Positions 24,944 to 39,629 of a stretch of 64,000 nt of DNA are shown here, piece after piece. The stretch covers positions 20,126,651 to 20,190,650 of the forward strand of contig CM120647.1 in NCBI GenBank assembly GCA_051362555.1, written 5' to 3'. The stretch's first letter is position 1; the number at the start of each line of letters is the position of its first letter. Source of the DNA: Lingula anatina (lineage: Eukaryota > Animalia > Brachiopoda). The translations under genes were made by a program, and so were the position numbers. A model generated the notes under the pieces. The model searched no databases. It saw nothing but the letters and a program-made list of their open reading frames with translations, and was not told where the DNA came from.

Positions 24944-27606
24944 AGAAGAAAGTAATTTTGTGGGCGATTTCATTTTATTTGCCAAATTTGAAAATATTCA
25001 CTGTATTGAGTATGATGGATTTTAACATTGGTATTTAAAAAGTGTGGCCTTGGGAAAGATTTAAGAGATAGCATTTGTTTGATTCCTACTTTATCAAATT
25101 CTACAGTTGTCTACAAAATATGTCTAAATGAATAGAAAAGGTCATGCTCATTTCCCTATCCAGGAAAAGTATAATTTAAACAAAGTCCATATCCATTATA
25201 ATTGAGCATTTGAACCATTTATGTACCACCTTTTCCCTAAAAATAGTTTTATAGCTTGCAGCTGACACCTGGAAATGGCAATTTATATCATAGCAGAACT
25301 TGTTTGAACTGTCAACTTGTAAACTTGTTTCTAAGTGCTTCAGCAGTTGTCTTTGAAGAGATGTGGCATGGAATTTCAAGCATCTCTTGACAGAACCATC
25401 TGGACTCGCTTGTACCTCGGAGGGGTTGGCTTGTCTTGCTATCAGCACCATCTTGTGGGAGGTTGTATCCCATTGGCATGGGTTCCTGGTGATGTCTGTG
25501 TTCTGAGATCTTAGCAACCTAATGAGAGACAAGTTCCAATAAAATGTAAATATTTTAGACATTTTTTTTTTTGGGGGGGGGGGGGGAAGAAGGTGTAATA
25601 ATTTAGTTGTTGTGTGTTGGACTTTTTTTTCTCTCTCAGTTGATAGCCAGCAGAAGGAGTAAAGTAACTGACAGGTTTTTTTCCTGCTCAAATGGTAATT
25701 CAAACACCAGCATCCATCTTGGGTATGTTTTGTCACATTGTCAAAGCAACAGTTCAACAGTAACTTAGTCAGTTTACTTTTAAACCAAACAAGCAACTTA
25801 AAAAGCAGTCTGCGAAATACTCCATACTCAAGCATCATGCACCGCAAAACCACATAATTTAAAGTAATTTAAAGGTATCCTTCCCCCCCCCTTTCTTCCC
25901 CCCTCCAAAAAAATTTTTCCCCACATGAATCACTACTGGCTCCACCCCCATGCTTGGAAGAACGATGTTTTATACCATTTTTCTATTTTAGATAATTTAG
26001 TTTCAAATGAGAGGCCAGTCACCTAGACAGTTACCATGTGTACCTTAAAATCAAGCTTTACTTTACTTGAGACCATCTCCAAACCGTTCCAAATTTTGAC
26101 TGGTCTGACTTCTCCCATGATTTTTTCATTGTGTAGTCGAGTGATTTATTGGCCAGAGTGGTGGAGATCTTTAATGATCTTCTACGATCAATAACTGTGT
26201 TAGTAAGCTGTTTGATTTGATTAAAGTAAACGCATTGGATTTAGTTATGGAAGTCATTGAAGAAAGATAGATATTGATCTGCTGGGGAATTCATCGAATT
26301 TTCTTTCCTTAATCTTATTGCACCAGGACTGGTATTAAGCGTTTTGGCTCATGAAGTGATAATGGATGGAAAGGCGAATCCAAACAAATCTTGCAGACTT
26401 AAAATGGCGTTCTGTTGATTAAAAAAAAAAAGGATAGTCATGTTGCATAATCTGTAGTGAACAGATAATTTGGAACTGTGTATTAATAGATGAAATTTTT
26501 AATGGAGGCAGTTAATGTTGATATGTACCCAAACAAATTTGAAGTGGCCTTTTCACACATTTATCACTGAAGGTAGTTCAAATTTGGATACATATGAACT
26601 AGCTCTGTTGAACAACACTTGTTACCCTTGGGTAACAACTTTGGCAGCATATTATACACCCCACCTTTTATAATTATGTGTTACGTCACTATAGCTAAGT
26701 TATATATCAGTCCTCAACCCACTTTTGAGAGGGTGACTCCTGTTTCCGCCAACATACTCTAATAATTATACAATCTAGCAAATAAATTTATTCAAAAACT
26801 CTTGGTTGTAAAGTGGGTTTTTTCCCTTGCAATAGAAAATGGAACATAAGAGTCTACATCAGATTTACTCCACGATTTTTCATGAAACGACACCAATACA
26901 TCCAACTGAAAGGAGGTGTTACTTTTCAAACACATACCTCAGAAAGTTTTCATTCTCAGTATGAATGGTGTTTATACATGCTGTTTTGAAAACACGTACA
27001 ACAGGGCCCAAACCTAAGGAAGGAATGTTGCTACAATTTATTTTTTACAAACTAAACTTGGTTACTATGGAAAATTTTTAAAACAAACTTGACAGTTGAG
27101 AGAGAGAGAGAAGCACTACTAGTAGATTTTTGGCGTGAATGAATGAATGACACGTTGGGTGCATGTGCGTGCATTTTACACATTTATGTGTGTACCTGTT
27201 CATAGTCACGTTTGAATAATAATATGATATTGTGCTGAGTTAAGATACATCCAGTCATTCCAGTTTGAAAGTTCATTATACCTAAGATCTGATAAAAGTT
27301 GAGAAAAAAAAGCCTTGGAAGATTAGTTGGTCCAAAGATGAATGATTGACAGGTTCTTCAGCCCAGGATATATATGGTCTGATAGATAATTCAAAAGATA
27401 CTCTGTTTCAACATCATGGGTGAAACCATCCCTGTTCTTTTCATTCTAAAGGAAAACATTTGCTTAAACAAGTTTCTTGCCAAATAAAGTTCCAAACAAA
27501 TAATTGTTGGCACTTTATACTTTTTGGGTCATCACTAGAAACCTCCAAGAGGGGGAGGGGGGGGGGTCACTCCCTCTTACAACCCCCACTGTGTACTGAT
27601 CTGGCT

Positions 27607-27780
27607 GGGGCCGTAGCAATAGTCCGAAGGTTCAATAGTCCGAAGGTTCATTGGTCCGAATATTCACTATAGAACGTTCGGACCAATGAACCCTTGATTA
27701 AAAAATCGATGAAAATGTTACCACTTTTCGGACCAATGAACCTTCGGACCAATGAACCTTCGGACTATCGAGACGCCCCC
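27607..27780. mobile_element. Mutator (MULE)-type MITE with 16-bp subterminal repeats
   Basis: Perfect 9-bp TSD GATCTGGCT (27598-27606, 27781-27789); GGGG...CCCC termini; inverted arrays of gtccgaaggttcaata / ttcggaccaatgaacc. Confidence 0.9.
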
Positions 27781-29354
27781 GATCTGGCTAACTGGCCATG
27801 ACAAGTGCAGGGGAGGAGGGTCTTTATTCAGGGGGTTCTCCTACATAACAGCCAAGTTATTACTTTGTCAATGCCCCACAATTGTTCGACACAGAAAACT
27901 ACCTCTAGATAAGTAGAGGGTACTGTGTCTCCGGTTCACCAACTGTTTGCGTTTCTCATGGATCTGTTAGCCATGGCAGGGGAGTTGAGATAAAATCTCC
28001 ATTCTGTTTGTGCTTCCTGTTGATTTTTCATATGACTCCCAGTTGATACTTTGTTCAACAAGCAATATCCAGCTTTGGTATTTTGTTTCTTTTTCAACAC
28101 TGAGACTCTGTTTGGGGCATGGGGCACTGTGTCACTTTGTTGAAACAGCAGATACTTTGTTTTAGTAAGAAGACTTTCCCAGCAGACACATTGTTCAATT
28201 AATGCAGGCCGTCAAGGCATAGCATTCATCCCCACGATCATGATGGCAAGTTGTCGTTTGGAATAGTTGAAAAGGGTACATAGTAAATGGTAAAAGTTTT
28301 GTTGAAATGTTATGAGCAATTCTTCTTGGGGATTACTTTTATTTAGAGTCAGCGCTTGGCCACCAAGTCAAAATATTGTTACTTTTGCTAAGTTGTTAGT
28401 TTAATCCAGAAATCCTGAAACAAAGGCTTGTTTTGAAAACTTTTTATGGAGGCAGTTTCTGCAAAGCTTATTTCTTTATAAATTTGATGTTCAAAGAAAA
28501 AAAAAATGATGGTGACAGATAGATGATAAAAAATGTAAAAAATACACCAAAAATCTTTTTGAAAATAATTATCAAAATGCTGAATAAAGAAAATATACAT
28601 TGGCCTTTCCATAAGCACGTTTTGACAAAGGAAATATTCAATACACAACAATATTTTACTCTTATCCCTATAGAATACCACAATATTTACAAATGTATTC
28701 TATAAGTTGTGTCTCTGCTTTAAGACCACAAGGGGCTATCTGGCACAGAGCTTTAAGTAACTCTCACCCTAATGACATGACAATCGCACGCCCGCAGGAG
28801 CCCAGCACGAGAAAATTGAAAATGCATGTTATCGTTCACAAAACAAACATTTGGTTCATGGAACAAGAGGTGTTGATCACTCTAAAAATGTAGAGGTCAA
28901 ATGAAAATGAGGACCAAAGCCAAGAAAAAGAAAACTGCACTTGATAATTTATAAAGAAAAGCTTGTTTAGAGGAAGCATCATTGCCTCGGGTCATTTTTG
29001 TGGCTAAACTGATTTTGAACATTTCAGCAAAGGTGTGTAACCTTTGCATTCCGTAAAGGCTGAAATTCGAAGATTTTCGGTAGTTGGACAATGTTTCCAC
29101 GGTTTACAGAATTGTTGTTAAAACTGGTCTGTGATATAATAGTGATTTGATATATAAATAGACATTCCATGATAAGATGACTGATGTGAGGAGAAAGCCA
29201 CAAGCCTCAAGATAAGAAGGAACAAGTGGGTTTTCTGTAATTCTCATTTAATTTTAGTGGAGTGGGTGGTGCATGTTTTCTCTGTTATCCCACAGCGTGT
29301 GGCTCTTATGTAGGCTGAAGCGTGAGTTTCTGTAAAAAAAAAAAGTCCTCCCTG

Positions 29355-29405
<51 letters not shown>

Positions 29406-32400
29406 GTCTCTCTCTCAGTTGAAATGCACTGGAATATTGCAACTGGCTCAATAGTTAATTCAATATGGAAATTAGACTGACTTTGAAAAAAATGTTTTAT
29501 AGACAGTGGTCTCAAAAATTTATTTAGAGGAGAAAATGTATACAGTAATAACATTGTGCTCAAAGTTCATCATAATGTAAGATATTGCACCATTTTCTTC
29601 CAAAAGTTTCTTTGGTTTGGGTGGGGGGGGATGCTCTAGACATCCTAGATTGGATGGTATCTTAGAATTTGGCCTATGTGAAGAAAAATAACTTAAGTTT
29701 ATGAATTTTCAGAATCACACCAATATATGTTTCAAGAGTTGTAAATTTTTGTGTCACATACTGGTGACAGTAGGTTGAAGAACAGCAGTTTGTGGCAGTT
29801 GAGTGTGTGCGTTTGACCCACTGCATGAGGTATTTACGAGAAATTCAAAACTCCTGTGACAGGCTGAGAGGGAGTGTTGATGCATGTGTGTACGAAAGTG
29901 TCGGTCGCAATCGTTGCGTGAGCATCACCTTCACTGGGAGGTAGGATGATGTGATCGCCTGGCAGAGGCGTGGATACATGTTAACCTGTGAATAGAAAAA
30001 GTCTGATTGAAGTAAGCTGTTGATGAAATTAACACGAGAAATTTCTTAAACATGTATACAGAAGTTATATGTGGCTTATTCTCTGGAAAACCTCCAGCAT
30101 CAAGATACGGTTATTACTAGAAATTTTCAAAGATCTCACTTTTTGTAACTTTTTAAAATGATTTGTCATATCCAGACACTAACAAAATAGACTTTCTGAC
30201 ACAAAACCAACACACAAGTTACTTTTCAAGAGTTTTTTAATCAACACACTCAAAACAAAATATTATTTTGTGGAAATACTTTTTCAAATCTATAGAGTAA
30301 TTACCGTAAGTGCAATCCCCCTTTAGATTACCTGAGGTTACCTCAGCTGTCCTAGATGACCTTACTTGGTCAGTTTACTTTGGTACACATAGTAGAGTGG
30401 TTTAAACCAAGCTGGATGTATCATTTTTCTGCTACACACTAAATACAGTTGGCATTGCTTTAAGATCCTCTCCGGAGCCCCCTCCCTCAATGGTCCCTCC
30501 TTTTCATCCTCCCACCCACAGCCTTCTTTTTCTGTTCTATCTGTGACCCAGGACTCAAGGTTGACATAGGAATTTTTTAGAAATCATGAATTGTACTAAT
30601 AACAAGTTGAATGATTTATATTTGTTTGAAGTTTCTGAGTGTTGTTGGTGACCTAGCCCTTTACCCCCTCCCCCCCTTCACCCAACTCAATGATGGGTTT
30701 GACATTCAACTAGTACTGTCATGTTTTACAAGATAAAATCTGTGTAAAACAAGCTGTGTGAAGACTTCTCTTCTAGTTTACCTTCTCCTTAAAAATGTTG
30801 CAAATTGGCTGTCATTCAGAGGGTCGATAAACATTGTGTGAAGGTATGAAAATTGGAAGGAAGTCCACCCTCAGGCGAAAAGATTACTTGAATACATTAC
30901 TGGAATACGTAAGTTGGTTTTTACCTTCTCCTGCAGGTTATTGCTCTCCTTTTTGTACTTTTAACTTTTTCCTTTTTTCATTGGAGGCTTTTAAGTAATT
31001 ATTCAAGTCAGTTGCTTTAAATATGTTTGTGCATGTGTGCAGTTTGATTTCTGATTAATGCATTTTAATTATTTCTCTCAGATCAATGTTTGTAAGTAAC
31101 AACAATAAAGGATAATTTGAACGGACTAGAAGGAAAATATTGGGATCTCGGCAAAAAGTATGTTTTTGTGAATAACTTTACATAAGTTCTTTTGTGGATA
31201 AGAACAACAAACGCAAAATAGGTTAAGTGAATGCTTACCGCATAACCTCCACGGGGAGTCTACTCAGTGTCTATTTGGGGATTAAGTGGCAAGCTTTCAA
31301 ATGGGTCGGCCATTTTTGATCCGCGGATCTGTTAGTACACATATCAACTTGCTCTGAATGAGCCTTTTGAGGGCAAGGGGTACAACACCTTGCAACAGAA
31401 AAAAAACTTATGTTCTTCAACAAAAAGGGCAACAATTTTCTAATTTTGTCTGATCTATTCTTCGTGGTGACAGCACTGACTGTCAAGAGAAATCCTATCC
31501 TTGGTTATTATGAGGAAAATTATCCCCTGGCCGTTTATGGTGTTAGGAGACAGTTGTGATCAGAGGGTCTTTGTGAGGAGGGGGATCGTATTCCAAGCTG
31601 ATAGGAGTGTTCACACCAATACAAGACCAGGATCAAAATAGGTCCAGAATAAGCTGCCAGTCAGGATGTATTTACTTTGAAAGACATTGTACAACGTGAC
31701 ATTTTGGTTTGTTTTGGATTTTATGGGCAGATTTTAAGTCTGATATGGAAATTTGCCCTATAGTTTATTTATGTTTGAAGAGGGAAAGATAAACATACCA
31801 GTATACAGATGATTCTGTTCCTGAATCTCTCAAACTTTAAGGTTATAGTATAATGTAAAAATTGTTCTAGGTTATTCGAGTTTGACGAAGGATTACTGTA
31901 AAGACTTTGTATGAGATAATTATCCTCATTTACAAAATGTAATGTTATCCCAAAATGGTGGCGCTCGCTTTCCCCAATGTTGAAAAACTCGTTGACAAGT
32001 TAACTTTAAGGGTTCATGACAAAGGACAAATTCAATATTTCTGAATTGAAGAATCTTGCCCTTTCCTTGTCGTGAAGAAGGCATTGACGTCACACCCTTA
32101 CACATGTGACACCAATTGGATTTTGTGTCACCAGAGTATATATAAAATTTCAACACCGTGTGACTGCTAGGTGTGTGTGAGAAGGAATGAAATCCTGTGT
32201 TCTTGAATTGTGTCTACTTCTACCGTATGTGGTCGTTCACTTGAATCTACTTAAACCATGATAAAAGAGATGTCTTCTTGGAGAAAAGTCTCTTTGAGGA
32301 CTCTTGGTGGGTGGGTGGCAGTTGTTGGCATAGGACCACTTATCTCTCTTAGGAAATAATTCCTGACACTATAACTTCAATTTACACCAAGCCAAATTGG

Positions 32401-35400
32401 AAAATACCTTTATCTTAATGTTAAAAAACTAATGTTAACACTACAGTAATTCTAATACCTAAAACAGGTTTTTTTTCCTGCTATTTGTCACAAAAGAGGA
32501 TAGTCACAAAAGAGGTCAAAGTAAAACAGGGAAGGTAGGGGTTTTATTTGTCCCTGCCATGCTGACGTCAATTTGATGAAGTTAATTTCTGTTGTGTGTC
32601 ACAACATGTTGATGACAAAAAAGTGGTGTGATTTTTTTTCCCTTTACTGATGATTCAGTCCATTAACTGTTTATTACTCTATGTAACATATGCTCTGTAC
32701 CACATTATCTCAATACTGGTACACTAATTATAGTTGTTTGTAAAAGTAGGGTGAATATTGTGATGTAAAATTGACAAGGTAATGTCTCGGAACTTTTCAA
32801 TGGGTAAAAATATCGCTATTTCAGATACCTAATTTTAGAATCATTATAAATAAATTCCTGTGCAGCATAAGTGGCACTTCTTTCTGTATAGAAAAGATCT
32901 TTATCTAGAACAGGTAGCCTGCTTTTTAGTTTTATTGCTAGCATTCAAGAGGAATGTTCTAATTTTAAGAATTTTTGTCTTTAAAAAAGTACAGTGTCTG
33001 TAAAATTCACAATTTTTCCCATTGAAAATATTGTCATTACCATCTAAACTGGGTCCTGAGTTATTTTGTGAAACAGACTCTTATTTAGTCTTAATTTGCA
33101 ATTTTCAGCCCATTTCTGCAATCCAGAAGTTATTAGGGTAAATCGGGTAAGACCTAACCTTGTCACTTAACACCAGCTTCCATGTGTCACTGTTAAGATT
33201 AAGTGTGTTTTGACTTTTTGGACAGATAATGTACATGCTGTGTCACCAAGCAGTAAGTTACTTAATGGGAAATTGTTGTCAGTGATTCCATTTGGCTGTT
33301 GAAAGTAGTTCCTGTAGCCCTGTGACCTTGGTGACCTTAAAATGGTTTTGTTGAGGGGAGAGAGGGGTGGAATGAGGCTGAATTAATAAGTTAAGTGGAA
33401 TGATTTTGACATTTAAAGATTTAAGAGTCCTTTAAACTTTCACTCTGTGAGAATTAACAGTAAAATTCCAATCTCTTACCGTGAGAAGAAGATGCCTGAT
33501 TGCCTGCAACCTGTACTCTCCCCCCCCCCCCGTGTGCCCCCATTATAGCCCCTGCCCCCTAAGTAGGCCCCACAGTGGCCCAGACGGCTGCTGATCTGTC
33601 TGACCTCTCTGTGTTGTGTTTTAAGTCTTAATGTGTCTTTACAGATACATGAACTCAGGTAGACTTTCTCAGACAGTCGCATTCAGACAAAGACTGTTAA
33701 AGACCGAAAAGACAAACTTGGGTAGATATCAATATGAAACTGTATTCAGACATGGACTGTTTTAGACTGAAAAAAAAGAAACCTGTACTTGTCCTCTATC
33801 ATATTATTACAATACAGGAAGACCTATAGTTGTGATTACATGGGGTGCTCTCCTAATTTTCAAAGAAAATTTCTGAATTTTATTCCACTTACCCATTACA
33901 TAGAAAAATAGTACTGATTCAGACAGATCCGTGTTAATTTTCAAAACTATAAATTTGCAACCAAAAAGAAAGAATAGACAGTCTTATGAAACATTTTACT
34001 AAATTAGTCCAAAATACTGAGACTAGACCAATATTTCTTTATTTTATTGCCTACAAAAAAAGTATCCTAGTTGTAAATAAAAACCAATTCATGATCACCA
34101 CAGGTCTACAATTCTAGTCTGAAAGTAGTAACTAGTTAAGAGCACCACATTCAGATTTTGTAAAAAAAAAAAAAAAATAAAAAAAGGTCATCAAGGTATC
34201 CTTCTCAGTCAAAAAATGTAGAAATGAAATTTGGGTTAGGTTTGTGCATGCAAATCTACTGAAAAAGTGCTCCCCTCCCTGTTCTCATTGCCCCTGAACT
34301 AAACCAATTTATGCATGGTGTTATGCAAAATAATACCATGTGTTTTGATTTACGCCCTTGGTCTTTGATTTATGCCCTCAGGGGTCAGAGGGCGCTAGTT
34401 CTGACCTTTCTTCTATTGGATAGAGTGGCATTGCATGGTTAACGGCAAACTAAAAGTGTTATTGGTTTTATTGGCCAACTGTCTGTGTTGTTGTGAACCA
34501 TGGGGTCACAGGGTGCAGGACGCTAAGTTCAAACAAAGTCTGGCGTAGGTTGTCGGGTGAATTATAGTGGTAGGCATGGCCAGCATTGAGGGGGGACGTG
34601 TTTAAATGAATTGTTATTTGAATGGAATATTTTTGTGTCTGGGACGCATGCCTGGGTAGAGTTGATTTACTGTTTATATGAGAATATTTGGCCTCTGAGA
34701 TGTCGGCCATGTTGACTGGAATGCAAGATCTGAGATTTCTCACGGATAAAATGTCTTGTAGCTCAATAGCAGGGTGATTTGAGCCAAAGAAAAAAATTGT
34801 TTGAATTGATGATGAATTGGTTGTTAAACAGGAATATTTTCTAAAAAGATATTCTTGAGCAAGATAAGAATGGTAGTTACTAGTGTCACCCTCTCTTTCT
34901 CTCTTATACACAATCTCTCTCTCTCTCTCTCTCAATTTCTTGGAGATATTAGAAATAACACTTTCCCTTACCAAGATTTTCTAGTACATTCAACATTTGG
35001 TTAAAATTTATGCTGTAGTGATCTGAATATTTTTATGTTTGTACATGAAATATATGTTTTCATTTATCTGTTTCAGGGCATGATTGCTTTCAAATGAACC
35101 ATTCTTACACAATGTGATTACTAGTAAATGAGTTGAACTAGAATCATGATTTGCCCGTGTGCCTGCCTTTGTACAGTCCAGTATGCATTAATTTAATTGA
35201 TAAATTATCTTTAATTTATAACTTGATACATTCCTTTGAATTGAGAAATGGTTTTGATAATTGTGTGTGTTTGAGAGAGAGAGAGTTTGGAAAATGAAAG
35301 GCCCCTCTCCTGTTCTTCACTGGCTGAACCAATGAGGTGAAAAGAGCCTGACAGCGCAGCATTAAAACGTGGAAGAATTTTGATAGCTAAACCAAATGTC

Positions 35401-36216
35401 AGCTGCTTTCTCATCAAGTGGAGAGAGAAGTCTGAAACTGTTCATGTCACTGTATGGTGAGGGTAGTGTAAACTGATGAACGATGAGTTGCCGAGTTGCG
35501 TAGGAAAAAAAAGGGGAGACTGAAAGTCTGTGCTAGATGTTGGCAATGTTTTAAGGTTATAGGATTTGTTATGGGTTATGAGAGAGGGTCGGGTCCATGG
35601 GGACAAGGTTTGTTGATTAACTGGGCAATGAGACAAATGCATGGAGAAATTAATGGAGAAATTGGCAAAGTTGAAAATAGGTTGTGTATAACTTTAAAAA
35701 TCATCATGTATGTTATAAGCTACAAGAAGGTCCTGTGTTTTATGCATATTTGCAGTATGTACATGTATGGTGTTATTATCCTCAGCATTTTGTAATAAGC
35801 TCCATGTACCCTTATGTATTTTTATTGTGCACACCATAACAGATAATAAACTGCTAAGTACTGCTATTACTACCACTACTACTACTACTACTACTACATT
35901 GATATATGGTAGTAAACACACCCACCCATCCACACATACTCGATGGAAACGTGCATATGCATAATGGAAATAAATTTTTATCAGGAAATGTGCACACATA
36001 TCTTGATGTCAATATGAAACGTGCTTGCACATATAAATATGTAGTTCATTAGGATATCTTTTCTCACATTCATCTGTTTTTCTGCTATTAAAACAGTGTA
36101 GAAGATCGTGGTGCATTGTCTTGGGACTCACTGATTAGTTCTCTGTACATGCCTACTGAAGCTTGGTCTGTAGGGACTAGGATTGGTGGATTGACTAGCT
36201 CATCACCAAATAAATA

Positions 36217-36294
<78 letters not shown>

Positions 36295-36884
36295 CATGAG
36301 AGAGAAATGTGTACCCTTATGGAGCAAATAAAAGAAGATATGATCCGGATTAACAAGATTATGCAACATCAAAGTAAAAGCTCACTCCTAGTATTTCTGG
36401 TCATATTTTCTTTTCACCCAAAGGTATCAGATCATCTTTCACTCAGGTCTGTAAATAATGTAAAAAGACATTGGAAGGAGGCTGTTTTCATCAACATTGT
36501 TCTAACTACTATATGTATCAGTCATCACCATTGGCCTCTTACACTTCTTCAGTCTATTATTATTGTAAACAGCATATCTTCAATAAAGGAAAGAGAGACA
36601 TATTTTCTGATTTTTTTTTCTTTTTTTTTTATTCGGTGAATATCAAAGCTTTTAGTTGCCAAATAGTTCCCACAGTTCTGATATGTTGCTTGTTTGAAGT
36701 AAGGTAGGGTTATGACTACAGGGTGAATGTTTTCATTTCAGTATTGAAAATCATTGTGTAAAGATTATATTTAGTATCTTGATTGGGTCTAACTTTTGAC
36801 ACTTTGGACTGTTTGTTTAAGAAAATTAGAAACTGAAGGTTATGTAGGACTGAAATTTGCCTGTTCGACAGTTGTAAAATCTTA

Positions 36885-36924
<40 letters not shown>

Positions 36925-37843
36925 CCTCTCATTATTGAATCATTATTGAATTTGAATTACTGAAAGACCACAGATCATACTGCCAGACTTTGTTGGAATT
37001 TTTTCTTAACGGGATTAAAAAGGTTTTTTCCCAGTCTCATTTCACTGTTTGAATAACCTTTGGCTGGAAGCCAAATAAAAGTCTGAAACATCTAGAAATC
37101 TTATAAATATGGCATTGATATGATAACCGTATGTAATTTCTGAATGAAATGCAGGTGGCATTTTTTTTCCTCATGTTGCATTTGCTTTTATTGTTGTGCG
37201 GAATGTGTAAGGTTATGGGTTCATCTCCTTTATAGACTCTAGACAAAAAAACATTCAATTTCTGCATGTTTCATGGGTAAAAGACTTAGTTCATCAGTTA
37301 CGTCTTCACACGATCATCAAACCTACTTCAGCATCATTCTTCATTCATTTAGTGTGTTTGTTATCCTCCTCTCACAATATTATAGCTAATATGATGAATA
37401 ACCCTTGATGAAGAATGATAAAGATAAAATAAGCGCACCTGCAGCTTAATGAAAAACTTGCACAGATGTGCCTACTGAAGTGATTATTTTCTATTATGTA
37501 TGTGCAGCTGTTCTCTGTTCATATTTGTTTGCGTTCTGTATGGATACACTCCTTAATGTTATATAGTGCAATGATTTAATATACCTTCTTAATGTGTTCT
37601 TTCCCCCTTGAGTGTGATATTGAAGCAACTGTTGCTGAATTTGATGTTTTTGTTTCAATAGAAATCTAATGGTTATACTTTTTTATCACTCTGTATACAC
37701 TGAATCCTTTAATTTTGTTGAATTGTCATTTCTGTAGTAGAGAACAAAGTAAAGTTTGTTTCAGATTCACTGAAGGCTTCTCTAATTTAACAAATTTTGA
37801 ACTGTGAAATGTTTTATCAATGTCTGTCTTCTCTCTTTTGTAG

Positions 37844-37918
37844 GTATGATTACAAAGTATTGCTCAACAACTCTACATTTTGTCTAGTCCCTAGGGGCCG
37901 CAGGTTAGGCTCCTTTAG
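37844..37918 (+). CDS. EXT1: EXT1 coding exon 2
   Basis: ttgtag|G TAT...TTT AG|gtgagt; [25 protein letters not shown]. Confidence 0.97.
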
Positions 37919-37944
37919 GTGAGTGCTTTCCAGCTGCTGTAACA

Positions 37945-38215
37945 CCCAACACAATCTTGTCACACCTAAAGCAATCTTGTCACACCCAACACATTCCTGT
38001 CCAATTTAAAGCAATCTTGTCACACTTAACACATTCTTGTCACACCTAAAGCAATCTTTTCATACACAATGCAACTTCGTCACACACAGGGAAATTTTAT
38101 CACCATTTTCACAGTTTTATCACATAAAATACAACCTTGTCACACAATATAGTCATGTTTCACAGTTTTAAATCACCTTGCTGCACATCCAACCCAATTT
38201 TATCACACCAAACAC
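37945..38215. repeat. Degenerate 20-bp minisatellite just downstream of EXT1 exon 2
   Basis: Recurring (a)atcttgtcacacc(t/c)aa(ag/ca)c units. Confidence 0.75.
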
Positions 38216-38540
38216 ATTAAGCAGAACTTGGTGTTATCAAACAATTTTGTGGTCAGTATCATATTTATATCTTGCTCCTTATTCAAGTTGTGTCCCACTC
38301 ATTCAACACAATACTGTCACACCTTACTCAATATCACTAAACTTAATATGGTCTTGTTGCTATAGGGAATTTAGATAAGTGTCAGTGTTATTTGAAGAAA
38401 ATATTTTTAGTAATTTCATAAAAAAAGTTTTTAGTAATTTCATAATTTATGCCTAAATGATTTGAATAAATTGAGCGTTGTCCAGCCAATAAATTCTCTA
38501 CATTTACCAGATTTGCAAATGTCAATGTAAGTAATGCGTT

Positions 38541-38593
<53 letters not shown>

Positions 38594-38631
38594 AGAAGTT
38601 CATTAAATGATTTTTGATCTAATATTCACAG

Positions 38632-38758
38632 GTTTATAGAAGTGCTACAGGCAGGCTGTATCCCAGTCTTATTAGCCAATGGCTGGGAGCTGCCATTTTC
38701 TGATGTGATAGACTGGAACAAAGCTGTAGTCTGGGGAGATGAAAGACTACTTTTACAA
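38632..38758 (+). CDS. EXT1: EXT1 coding exon 3
   Basis: tcacag|G TTT...CAA|gtaagt; [42 protein letters not shown]. Confidence 0.97.
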
Positions 38759-39434
38759 GTAAGTGGTAAACGGCATTTTTATACAGACATTATACAGAAA
38801 TTTTAGTATGGAATCATGGAATTCTGAGATTTTTAATTATATTTTTAACCAACACACATACATACTCACACAGATGCTTGTGCACACACACACACACACA
38901 CATGTCAAACATGGGGATTTTCAAAAATATATATATTTCTAAGTGCAGAGTCTGGAAGATAATTGCATAATATGTCTTAACATTCTGAACTGCTGAGTAG
39001 ATCTCTCACAAAATAATTTCCCAGTTGAGCGGCGTGAGTTAATCATTCATAAGCCCTGACTGTTCAGAGAGCCATTCCTTTTATCTTCAAACCATCTGAG
39101 CGTAATGTCAAATATACACAATGGGATGCAGAGAACGATTAATTACACGTGTACATTACATGAACTGTCAATACAAACGGAAGAGACCAGATGTGTTTTG
39201 TGGGTTCGGGGGAGGTGTATTAAACCATTTTGTCCAAAATTGCTAGAAGGCTTTGTCTGGGAAGTAGATTGCTGTATGGGGAGCCTGGGTAATTAGATTT
39301 CTCTTTGACCCCAGGGAGGTCGGCTGTTCTTCAATTAAACTGCCCACCAAAGTTCCGGGAGACTCAGGGGAGATCTGTGACATTAAATATCCTTTAAATT
39401 GAAACCACATTAATAGCCACCCCCTCAAGACTAA

Positions 39435-39629
39435 GACCCCATTCCCACAGATTTTTAGATCGATCTATACCTTGTGGGGAGTCTCACTGTCGGCTTAGCC
39501 GGCTTAAGCGTCTGTCCCGCCTACTAAAAGCTGTAAGGGGGTAATTAACTGTTGTGCGTGCTCAGCTGACTGCAATTTAGTGGGAACCCCGAGGGAGTTA
39601 GGTTACTCTAAATCTCTGGGAATGCATTC
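39435..39629 (+). mobile_element. MITE family A, copy 3
   Basis: Same core; flanks TAA / TCA. Confidence 0.85.

Noticed and set aside
25176-25853. 225-aa minus-strand ORF in EXT1 intron 1
   Set aside because: GTG start, crosses homopolymer tracts, and has no recognisable domain.
27610-27770. Short regularly spaced repeats superficially like a CRISPR array
   Set aside because: Eukaryotic context, no unique spacers, inverted arrangement and a 9-bp TSD identify a MITE.
13290-30945. Possible recursive splice sites (CAG|GTTAAG at about 13299 and 13398, CAG|GTTATT at about 30936)
   Set aside because: The regenerated donors are weak and such motifs are expected by chance in 27 kb.
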